Below are positions 53,090 through 64,000 of a stretch of DNA of 64,000 nt, one piece after another. The stretch comes from Octopus vulgaris. Taxonomy: Eukaryota. How positions within the stretch are numbered: position 1 is the stretch's first letter; every line of letters begins with the position of its first letter. The stretch covers positions 16,120,001 to 16,184,000 of the forward strand of contig OX597820.1 of assembly GCA_951406725.2 (NCBI GenBank). The letters are read 5' to 3'. The notes beneath the pieces are model-generated. The model searched no databases and was not told the DNA's origin. It worked only from the letters and a program-made list of their open reading frames with translations. The translations under genes were made by a program, and so were the position numbers.

Positions 53090-53129
<40 letters not shown>

Positions 53130-53295
53130 CGACGGGCTTCTTTCAGTTTCCGTCTACCAAATCCACTCACAAGGCTTTGGTCGGCCCGAGGCTATAGTAG
53201 CAGATATTTGCCCAAGGTGCCCCGCAGTGGGACTGAACGCAGAACCATGTGGTTGGTAAGCAAGCTACTTACCACACAGCCACTCCTACACCTGC
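52885..53295 (-). mobile_element. Full-length SINE family B
   Basis: Near-consensus reverse complement copy. Confidence 0.8.
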
Positions 53296-53578
53296 TCTTA
53301 AAATTCTTACAAAATCACTTCTAGTATCCTTCTCAAAAAACAATTATGTTCTTGATATTAACAGCAAAATGTTATTAAAGTTATCTTACGTCTTTAATCT
53401 TTTACTTGTTTCAGTCGGTGTGCTGCAGCCATGCTGGGGCAATATCTTGAAGGATGTTTTAGGGAAGCAAATCGACACCAGTACGTATGTTGTTTTGCCG
53501 AACTGCAAGCTCATGGGGACGTGCACAAACCAGCACCACTTATCACGTGAGGAAGCGGGGGGACAAATACAAACGCAA

Positions 53579-53630
<52 letters not shown>

Positions 53631-54089
53631 GGCAATTGTCGGTCCGATGCAATAGTAAAAAACGCTTACTCGAAGTACCCCAAAGTGGAAACTAGCGCAA
53701 GTGTTAAGATTATCTCTACAGGATATTTTATAGAAATTATATCTGTAGGGAATATCTACAGAGATAACCTTAACAAATTATGTAAATCGCACTGCTAACA
53801 CAGGTGAACACAGTATTGACTAATAAAAGCGATTGAAACACATAACGAAATACGCGTCTCGACAAGTCAGAAACGGACATGTTTGTACCTCCCCACAGTC
53901 ATGTCTGCGCATAGCAACTTTTGTTTTTAGATTTAATTTTCTCCAAGTTTGAGATATATATTTCCAGTCATATTATTATTATTATTATTATTATTATTTT
54001 TACTTATTTCAGTTAATGGACTGCAGCCATGGTGGGGAACGTCTTGAAAGGTTTTCGTCGAAAACAATTGCTCATAGTACGTAATTCTA

Positions 54090-54654
54090 TTAGGTTGTCT
54101 GGAAAGTTTGTGCCGATTTTTGAAGGAAAGAAAAAGGTCAATAAATACTTGCCATTACATTTTTAATCAACCAAACATGAACCATTTTGTTGCACAATGC
54201 GTCTCCATCTTTCCTTTAACTTGAAAATACCCTCTTCCCAGAATTGAGGTGGTTTCATGGCAAAGAATTCATCAAGGTATCTTTTTACGTCATCCCAGGA
54301 ATTGAAATTTTTACCATTAAGACTATTCTGCAGAGACCTGAATAAGTGGAAATCCGAAGGAGCAACATTTGGTGAATATGGAGGGTGAGGTAGCACATCC
54401 CAGCCGAGCGGCAGCAATTTTGTCTGGTTCCCAAAGCATCAAGTGCCGAAAATGAACTTTCTTATCTTCCATTTTAAAGGGTTACAGAATTAACACAGGT
54501 TATAGGAACATAAACCTTCTTCCACGAAAAGATAGCTTAAACTGTGCTCTAAACGGAGGTGTAGTCAAACCCTATTTTATGGACACAACCATGTTCTAAA
54601 ATTAGCGGAAACGTAAGCTACTATAAATCGGCACAAACTTTCCGGACATTCCAA
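54090..54654 (-). mobile_element. Internally deleted mariner (MITE-like), 565 bp
   Basis: TA|TTAGGTTGTCTGGAAAGTTTGTGCCGATTT ... AAATCGGCACAAACTTTCCGGACATTCCAA|TA. Retains the transposase C-terminus LPHPPYSPNVAPSDFHLF (54163-54417). Confidence 0.9.
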
Positions 54655-55033
54655 TATTTGGATCTAGTAATTATTTTACTGATTTCTTTTGTCGAACCGC
54701 GATAGCTAGGGGTATGTAAGCAAATCAGCACCGGTTGCCAAGCGGTAGGGGAAGACAAACACACGCGCATATATGATAGGCTTCCAAACAGTTTCCGTCT
54801 ACCAATATCTTTGTTTATTGAAAATTTAAAGATAAAATCATACAGAGGATGGGAAGACAAAAAATAGCCACAAACAATAACAAGAACAGTCCAGTGAACT
54901 AATGAGAACATAATAGATTTGTGAAGCAAAGTGTGAAATAATTGAACACCTCATCACCTTCTGTGTCAGGGCACCTTCTGGCAAAGATTATACATACATA
55001 CATACCCAGATACACCCATACATATCCATAGAT

Positions 55034-55067
<34 letters not shown>

Positions 55068-55072
55068 CTATA

Positions 55073-55131
<59 letters not shown>

Positions 55132-55136
55132 ATATA

Positions 55137-55177
<41 letters not shown>

Positions 55178-55636
55178 ACATATCTATACATATATATATA
55201 TACATATATATATATACATATATATACATACCTATGTATGTATATGTATATGTATGTGTGTATGTATGCATATTCGTATTTGTGACTGTATAAACCTGTG
55301 TATATGTGTATGTGTGTATGTGTGCATGTATATGAGTATATGTATGTATATACGTGGATTATCATCATTGCTGTTTGTAAATAATGACTGAATTTAGGTC
55401 AAACTTTTAATGTCCTTTTGAGTAACAGCATGTACAGACATATCGCCACACGCACACACACACATACGCAAACACACACACACACATACACACATACACA
55501 CACACATGCATACATACACATGTTGATATTATACATAACACGAAGGTATACATTAATACCCATCCACAAGTATTCATACTCACACACAAGTATCCCAATA
55601 ATCATGCAGAAATATATGTGTGTGTATGTGTGTTTA

Positions 55637-55690
<54 letters not shown>

Positions 55691-55877
55691 AAATAAGAAA
55701 ATGGAGAAATATATCTAAATCATTCATCAACTATCAGATAATATCGAATCATATATTTTATTAAAACACTACACAAGAGCATTAAGATTAGACATTAATA
55801 CAGTACAATAATTACAATCAATATAATGAAATATAACTAAATAAATATAACAAGATATAAAAATACATATACATTAT

Positions 55878-55993
55878 AACTGACAGCTGTTTCGGCCATG
55901 CAGATAGGTATGTCTCATTTAACCTATATTAGCCATATATTGCGGGTATAAATGAGACATTAACAAAAATATCTTAAGGCCTCTTCGGAGATT
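55878..55993 (-). ncRNA. Type I hammerhead with U4C core and long structured stem II
   Basis: Minus strand AATCT-CCGAAGA-GGCC..ATGTCTCATTTA..TAAATGAGACAT..GGCC-GAAA-CAGCTG-TC-AGTT. Confidence 0.65.
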
Positions 55994-56594
55994 CTAATGT
56001 AAGTATGTGTACATACCCAAAAATCATTTACATATAAATATAAATATGAGTGCATATATACTCATATCCTTATATATATACACATATACATAATAATATA
56101 AATAATATAAATCAATATATATCAATAAACATAATAATGTTCTATATTGAATGTTACAGTTCCTCAACTAATATTAAGAAATTACAATAGATATATATTC
56201 ATACTTAATGCAGACATATATAGTAAACAGTTCATTATATTAATTTGTGTTACTTTACCAAAAGTCAATAATGCTAATATCAATACCGTTATCAATAACA
56301 ATAATGTTATCAATATATATATATAGTGTTAGGTGTGATGTACAGAAATTGAATATTGAGAGGAAAAGTCGTCAGAATTTTGGAAAAAAATTATTTATTT
56401 CTTCATTATTATTATTATTAGCGCTTTCGTTTGTTTCTCGAACTTGTCAAATAACATTTTGTGAACAGCTTGTTCATTTATATGAAACAGATGTTTTGTG
56501 TGGTTTTTGTTTAGAAGAAAACACTCTTTTTGTTTTTTGGGGGGATGAGGTTCCATGATAATGGAGATAGATAGAAATATAGAAATATAGAAGT

Positions 56595-56825
56595 CGGCGA
56601 GCTGGCAGAAACGTTAGCACGTCGGGCGAAATGCTTAGCGGTATTTCGTCTTCCGTTACGTTCAGAGTTTAAATTCCACCGAGGTCAACTTTGCCTTTCA
56701 TCCTTTCGGGGTCGATAGATTAAGTACCAGTTACGCACTGGGGTCAATATAAACGACTTAATCCCTTTGTCTGTCCTTGTTTGTCCCCTCTATGTTTAGC
56801 TCCTTATGGGCAATAATGAAATAAG
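56595..56825 (+). mobile_element. Monomeric SINE family A
   Basis: Head plus one body, followed by (GATA)n. Confidence 0.8.
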
Positions 56826-56829
56826 ATAT

Positions 56830-56899
<70 letters not shown>

Positions 56900-57238
56900 G
56901 GTCGGACAGATAGGTAGAGAGAGGAAGAGAGAGATGCTTCATGGCCAACGACTATAATTCTATGACTAAGCGATCACTGGCTTACTGGTATCACTTGTCC
57001 GTGAGGGTAGATAGAACATTCGGCTCCGCTTGACAATGTCCTTGAATGTCCACTCAGGTCTACCAGCGATTCAAGAGCCATCTGCCAGTTTCAAAAACGG
57101 GACTTTCTTTTGAAGCCCTTAATCACCAAAGCTGGCAATGTGCCCAGTTCAGCGGAGATTTATCACCATCATTAGATGGTGCATGGACTGAAAGATAATC
57201 TTCCTGAGGACTTCGGGGCTAGCGGTATTTTGCCACCA

Positions 57239-57473
57239 AAAGGGCGGCGAGCTGGCAGAATCGTTAGCACGCCGGGCGAAATGCGTAGCCATATTTCGTC
57301 TGCCGTTACGTTCTGAGTTCAAATTCCGCCGAGGTCAACTTTGCCTTTCATCCTTTCGGGGTCGATAAATTAAGTACCAGTTACGCACTGGGGTCGATGT
57401 AATCGACTTAATACCTATGTCTGTCCTTGTTTGTCCCCTCTGTGTTTAGCCCATTGTGGGTAATAAAGAAATA
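57239..57473 (+). mobile_element. Young monomeric SINE family A with 15-bp TSD
   Basis: GGTATTTTGCCACCA at 57224-57238 and 57474-57488. Confidence 0.85.
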
Positions 57474-57699
57474 GGTATTTTGCCACCATTAGATGTTCAC
57501 GACAGGTCTCAGTGTGTGTGTGTGTGTATGTGTGTGTTAAGTAGCCGCGTAGTATATCGTAGATTATGGCATATGTAAACGACTCATTAGATCCGTAGCC
57601 TCATTAATGGAGATAAATATACAATCTAGGTCAGTTTCATGGTAAATAGGAAAGAATAGTTGTCTCCCTTTGAGTAATACCAGCAGTGGCTGAAATGGG

Positions 57700-57960
57700 T
57701 CAGTCCGTGTAGCTTATTTCCCCGTTCTGTAATCTGCAAAGGAGGAAGAATACATTTCCAAAACTAACTATAGGGTTAAATGTTTCGCTCTTTGAACTCA
57801 AAAGGGCATCCGAATCGTGCAGTTTTTTGGGGATCATTGTCCTCTTGGCCAAGTAAAGTTTTCCCCATCTGCTTCCGCTGCTGTGGGGCACTGTTTCTTT
57901 AAGCAGCTTCCCGTTATTTTTTGTATGGCGACTCGCCTTCTTTTAATCACCATTTATACC
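57700..57960 (-). pseudogene. Possible highly decayed Tc1-like transposase relic
   Basis: Frameshifted minus-strand translation GENFTW / QEDNDPQKTAR resembles Tc1 F.QQDNDPKHT. Confidence 0.3.
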
Positions 57961-58876
57961 TTATTAATGCTGTAACGTTGTGTTTATTTTAATCCTAAAA
58001 GAGGACCTGTGATTATTTAGCTCGGCGTTAAAAGGAAGCGGACAACTGACCGATTTATATATATATATATATATATATATGATAAAATACAAAATGGGAC
58101 AAGAACGCAAAACATCCGGACAGCTAGGTGATACAAAAAGGTACAATAAAACATCCAGATAGACGATACAAAGAAAACAAGGACGGGTCCTTCGAAGCCT
58201 TTTATCTTCAGTCAAGAACTGGATCATCCTCGCAACGCAATTTTGGCTGATTAATCTTGAGATTGCTCCGATCTGGCCATATATATATATAATATATTAA
58301 TAAATAAAACATATGCATATATATATATATACATATATGTACGTACCTACATGTATATATACACGCATATATGAGTACAGGACACCAAAAAAACGTCGAA
58401 CACAATGAGAAACGAAAACATAGACACAAACCCAAGGAACTGGACATTTTTCTTAAACAACAAAAAAATAGAGTACAGGACAAATAACACAAGGAAAAAA
58501 ACCCATTCTTCAGTCGCCATGGTTTCATCTACTCTACGTTATATATATATTATATATAATATATATATTGTCAATTCAAATAAACAAACAATTAAGTAAA
58601 GGAGTAAAAAAGAAAACAAGCGAATGCGAGGACGTACACAAGAAACATTAATTCTACCCTCGGTGAAGGGAGAGAGTTGTTGTTAACGTTTGGAGCATAG
58701 CTCTTCGTCGGAAACAGAAAAGTCCAAAGAGAATGAAGAAAAAATATGGGAAAATTGACAATAGTTCACGTGGAGTTGCATTTCTGTAAAAGGGGACAAA
58801 CAAGGACAGACATTTCTGAAATGACCGGAAATATATAAATATAAATATAAATATAAATATAATATATATATGTATG

Positions 58877-58958
<82 letters not shown>

Positions 58959-59111
58959 CGGAGATGTATTTGCATAGCAAATGACCTGATCTGAGATCGT
59001 GTGCTGAAACAAAATCAATTGCATCGTGGAAGGTGTTTATAAGCCATTTAAAAACACACGAAAACCGTTAGATTCACTTAACCATCTAAATTTAATTTAT
59101 TTTAAATTTAA

Positions 59112-59162
59112 TTTGCCAAAATGTTTTCGTCGCTTTGAGATCGCGACGTGTTCACTGACAAA
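59112..59162 (-). ncRNA. Hammerhead-like motif with swapped G3:C8 core pair
   Basis: Minus strand TTTGTCA-GTGAACA-C-GTCGC-GATCTCAAA-GCGAC-GAAA-ACAT-TT-TGGCAAA. Confidence 0.55.
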
Positions 59163-59181
59163 ATTCCGTGCTGCATACAAT

Positions 59182-59249
<68 letters not shown>

Positions 59250-59307
59250 GTAAGTAAGTATGTATGTAGGTAGTTAGGTAGGTAGGTAGGTAGGTAGATA
59301 GACAGAC

Positions 59308-59374
<67 letters not shown>

Positions 59375-59548
59375 ATGCGAGTGAGAAAGACAGACAGACA
59401 GACAGACAGCGGCCAGGTCTTTTTTGAGTTCGTTAAAATAGGTACTTGTTGAACACTGGGGCGATGTAATCATCTTACCTAGTTGCCTTAAAATTACCGG
59501 CATTGTGTCCAAATTTTAAACCATTATTTACAGTCATGCTCAAATCCA

Positions 59549-59624
<76 letters not shown>

Positions 59625-60190
59625 TCGTCATTGTCATCGTCGCCATCTTCGCTGTCACCACTGTTATCGCCGCCGCCATCATCTCGAACCATTTTATTTG
59701 GCCTCACCTTCGAAATTAGGCCAACTATATCTTTCACATCAGGAAATTCCAGAGCAGGAAGTGATATAAAGTAATTACCGTAACAGAAAATCCTCACTTA
59801 ATTATCAGCTTGCCACCCAATGTGTTTATGTAGCAGTATATACACCCAGTGTGTATATGTGGCAGTATATATGACGTGCATATATGCATACGTAAATATA
59901 CATACATGCATGTATGCATACACTCATATACATACATAAACGTACATGGGATCATATGTACACCGACATACATATATATGCACATGTACACATACATACA
60001 CATATATATTTATACATATATATGGATATATACATATACACACACACACACACACTCACAAACGACACACACACACACTCACAAACGACACACACACACA
60101 CACGTGAGCGTCTTATTAATAATTTGCATGTACCTCGCGTTGTTTTTTCTTGTGATTTTTCTCCATTTTTTGAGAATTACACACACACAG

Positions 60191-60217
<27 letters not shown>

Positions 60218-60222
<5 letters not shown>

Positions 60223-61901
60223 TAGCCCCGCTTATTCGAGGTTCAGCATTCGCGGTCCCGGTTATTCGCGGAACTGATAATTGTTTGCAGAAGCCACCGC
60301 ATATTCGCGGAATCGTAAATATCGTCCGTGATTTTTTTATGGCATTTTTCGAGGCAATATTTACTTTTCCACAATTTTTATGGCTAAACTATTAATAATA
60401 ATATACCGTATTTTCCGGTCTACTGGACGTCCCTTCGCAACTGAAGATCCCTCTGGTGAGAATAGCCTCGCATCACGTCGCTTGATTTTTTTTAGATACA
60501 AGTACGCTGTATCTTGTATCTCTTCTTCCTGCTTTCAATCAAAGCTTGCAAATTCGTACAGCGACAACCAACGCAAGTTTTAAAATCAACGCTACATTTG
60601 ATCATACACAATGTTTATTTCAATAGGATAATTTTTAAGATCGTGAGTCAATATAGCCTCATGGTAATTAGGTTACTTGCTGGTCCCTCCCTCCCTCTCG
60701 CACTCTCTATTATTATTATAGTATAAATTACTGTATCAAGTGGTAATACATACTAAATTTTCAAAGCCATCATTATTCTTAATCTCTGCTCAATTTCCCA
60801 TTTGTGGTATGCGCATATTAGACGCAATGAAGATGTTTTGTAGGTTTTTGGGGGGTTGGGGAAACTGCTTCTAATAGCTATCTCCAGTATTTTGTTGGGT
60901 GCTGTGTTTTTCGTAGCGTGTTAATAAAGCCCTAAGATGCCGCTCAAAGGCCCTACACCTTTTGAGATTTCTGGTAGTGAACCTAAGCGCCAGAAAAATG
61001 TTATGACGCTCCATGAGAAGGCACAACTGCTAGATATGATGTTCCGGGAAGGTAAAAGTTAATGCTGCAGTAGGTTGCTATTAAGTTGTCAAGGAAAGCA
61101 CCATACGCTACACAAAGAAGAACGAGGTGGCGATCAGGACTACCGTAGCAGTAAGTTTCTGTGAAAGTGCCAAAAGATAACGATAGTTAAAAATGAGAAC
61201 TTCGTTAGGAAGGGTTCTGCTATGGTATTGTGGATCCGTAACTGCAAGAAGAAAACATCTCCTTGAGTGGCAACATCATCTGTAAGAAAGCGCGGAAATT
61301 ATACCAGCAGTTCGACAGAGGAGACGGAGCAGAAGGCACCGAAGAACCGCAACCAAGACCATTGACAGCCGGAGCCCGAAGATTTTCAAAACCAGCAAGG
61401 GATGGTTTGACCGTTTATAGAAACGGTTTAAAATAAAGTGTGTTACCCTGCATGGAGAGACAGCATCAACCGACAAAAAAAGACACCAAGAAGTACCTCA
61501 AGACCTTCAGGTAGATCATCGAGGACAAGAGATACAAGCCAGAACAGGTTTTCAGTATGGACGAGACTGGATTGTTCTGGGAGAAGATACCTTCCAGAAC
61601 GTACATAATGAAGGATGAAGCCAGAGCCCCAGGATTTAAGGCACAGAAAGACAGACTGAAGCTAATTACGTGTGGCAATGCTGCTGGCTTCATGATGAAA
61701 TCAGGACTCCTTTACAAGTCCGCGAACCCAAGGGCCTTCTAAGATAAGAATAAAAATCTGCTGCCTGTCCACTGGATGCACAACCCCAAGACCTGGATTA
61801 CCAAAAGTCTAACTTTGAATTGGTTCCATCAATGTTTCATCCCTCAAGCCAAGGAATGTCTCCAAAATGTTTGCGTGGAATTCAAGGTGTTGCTTCTTGT
61901 G
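60218..61901 (+). mobile_element. Decayed pogo/Tigger DNA transposon, 3'-truncated
   Basis: Left end CAGTGTAGCCCCGCTTATTCG with repeated TATTCGCGG. A broken ORF from ATG 60937 reads KRQKNVMTLHEKAQLLD, SKGWFDR, MDETGLFWEKIPSRTYI, GFKAQKDRL, LPVHW and FKVLLL. Confidence 0.85.
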
Positions 61902-62119
61902 CGTTGACTAGCTTCAGCCAACGAAGCTAGTCAACACATAATACAGCTATTATGCTCCCCCACCACAAAAAGCCACCACGTGGACTCTGTTGAGACTAGT
62001 GAGAAACAATTATGAACTTTTTTATTACACTTAACTTTAAAAAATAGTTTTGATAAGGTTCGTTGTTCCAAGATGAACCGAAACATGTAAAATTTCTAAG
62101 AAAATTAAAATTTATCTTA

Positions 62120-63399
62120 CGAGGGACGTTCAATAAGTAATGCCCCTGCAGTTGTTTGATCTAGCTAAAATTTTGCATGTACAATTATTTATATCTCTAT
62201 AGATTAAGTGGCAAATTACAGCTCTGAGCTAATTGTGGTTTCTGATTTACAGGTGTTTGAACTGAGTCAAGTGTGAAATGGAGCCTGTTGAGTGTCGAGC
62301 AGTGATCCGGTTTTTGTATTTGAAAGGACGCACACCACGGGAGACTTTTGATGAAATGAAAGTAACTTATGGTGATAATGCCCCATCATATGACCTTGTA
62401 AAACGCTGGTATCGGGAATTCAAACATCGTCGGAACTCTGTGGAAACAGCTCCCAGATTTGGTCGCCCCCTTCTGCCATTGATGAGGCAGCTGTCCGTCA
62501 AGTTGAGGCTGCCATTTTAGAAGATCGACGCAAAACTATTCGCCAAATAGCCCATGAGGTCAAGATTAGTACCGGGTCTGTGGAAACTATCATTCATGAC
62601 CATTTGCATATGCAAAAGGTGTCTGCCAGATGGATTCCCAGGTTGCTCACACCTTTCCAGAAGCAAGAACGCGTCGAGCGCTCGAGGATGAATTTGGAGA
62701 TGTGCCAAGAAGATGAGTCAAAACTTTTCAAAAGAGTGATTACACAGGATGAAACATGGGTCCATCACTATGATCCAGAGACCAAAGCCCAGTCAATGCA
62801 GTGTAAGCACCGTGACTCACCTCCTCCAAAGAAGGCAAGAGTGCAGCCCTCCGCTGGCAAGGTCATGCTCACAGTCTTCTGGGACCAGGACGGAGTAGTG
62901 ATGACAGATTTCCTGACAAAGGGTACCACAATTACTGGAGCCTATTATGCTTCACCTTTGAGGAAATTAAGAGAAGCTATCAAAATCAAGAGGCGGGGCA
63001 AGATCAGCAAAAGCATCCTCCTCCTGCAGGACAACGCTCCGGTCCACAACTCGCGTGTCGCCAGATCAGAAGCACAGGCGTGCGGCTATGAACTCCTCCC
63101 CCATCCCCCCTACTGTCCTGACCTTGCACCTTCTTATTTTCACCTCTTCCCAGCCATGAAGTTGTTTTTGAAAGGAAAGCGTTTCCCAGATGATGCAGCC
63201 TTGATTTCTGAAGTCACGTCGTGGTTGGAGGACCAAGCTGTGGTCTTCTACAAAAACGGTCTCCAGAGCTGCATCAAACGATGGGAGAAATGCGTAACTC
63301 TGGGTGGTTCGTATGTAGAAAGAGAAGCCAAGTGCCAAGTTTCGTTGATCTACTGCTATGGGAAGTGGGTCAGGGGCATTACTTATTGAACGCCCCTCG
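62120..63399 (+). mobile_element. Full-length mariner (DD34D type, irritans-like TIR), 1280 bp
   Basis: 29-bp TIRs CGAGGG(A/G)CGTTCAATAAGTAATGCCCCTG with 1 mismatch, and TA duplications at 62118-62119 and 63400-63401. Confidence 0.95.
62278..63389 (+). pseudogene. Mariner transposase pseudogene
   Basis: WIPRLL, TQDETW, QDNAPVH and YCPDLAPSY motifs. There is a frameshift near 62470 and the third catalytic Asp, 34 residues after the second, is Tyr. Confidence 0.9.
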
Positions 63400-63449
63400 T
63401 ATATAGTGGCGTTTTCAAACTTCTTTTTATAAATATATATATGTATATG

Positions 63450-63481
<32 letters not shown>

Positions 63482-63879
63482 TATACATACATATATATAC
63501 ATATATATATATATATATACATTATTATATAAGGTTAAAAAGTCTCTCTTGGGTGCTGCTGGTAGCATATAACCTCACTGCCTTGGATAAACTGCGGACA
63601 TCCTGTGAGATAAAATACATAAGACCCGTTAAAGAGTGAACGAAGCCAGGAGAGAACGGCCATCGATTTGTGTGCAAATGTGTTTCCTGAAAATCACTAT
63701 TAATTGGAAAGTATCTTGTGGTTTGAAAGGTCTAAGACAGTCGTCCTGAATCGTTTTTACCCTACTGGAGCCCTTTTCAATCTCTATTTCACTTTACTGG
63801 ACCCTCACAGATATTTGATGCTTTAAAAGTTTTGAGTTGTATTATTAAATATTATTAGATATTGTATCAAAAAAAAAAC

Positions 63880-64000
63880 AAACCACAGACTGTCTAGGGG
63901 ACGCAACTCAACCTTTTTTACTCTCAAAAAAAATTTACCATAATTTTTTTTCCATTTTTTTGCTATTTTTTGGCTATAACTCTCTAAAAATGCTTTATAG
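63880..64000 (+). mobile_element. Probable 3' part of another Helitron, cut by the window end
   Basis: taactctctaaaaatgct-tatag matches 6421-6445 of the Helitron at 5977-6489. Confidence 0.45.

Noticed and set aside
63680-63740. CTGAAAA...GAAA-GGTC-TA hammerhead-like string
   Set aside because: The 3-8 pair is broken and stem I is not supported.

Overview
Eukaryotic, AT-rich, repeat-saturated window. The microsatellite density and tRNA-derived SINE families suggest a cephalopod (Octopus-like) genome, which is an inference. No host protein-coding gene can be supported: almost all listed ORFs are microsatellite or SINE read-throughs. Recognisable coding remnants are all transposon-derived: a 5'-truncated CR1/L2-group LINE (1.1-2.1 kb), RTE and R4/Dong 3' ends, a full-length but inactivated mariner (62.1-63.4 kb), an internally deleted mariner, a decayed pogo/Tigger element and a Tc1-like relic. 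There are also three complete non-autonomous Helitrons and about 35 SINE copies of three families, including head-[body]n tandem arrays with a 184-bp period. The most interesting signal lies in short AT-rich islands between (TA)n tracts. These carry about a dozen type I hammerhead ribozyme motifs, intact to decayed, with palindromic stem III, typical of Penelope-like pseudo-LTRs or retrozymes. They include natural compensatory core variants (G3:C8, U3:A8), inverted and circularly permuted duplications, and a second covarying stem motif ending in AGAAATAGCAGC. All calls were made by eye and boundaries are approximate unless termini are quoted.
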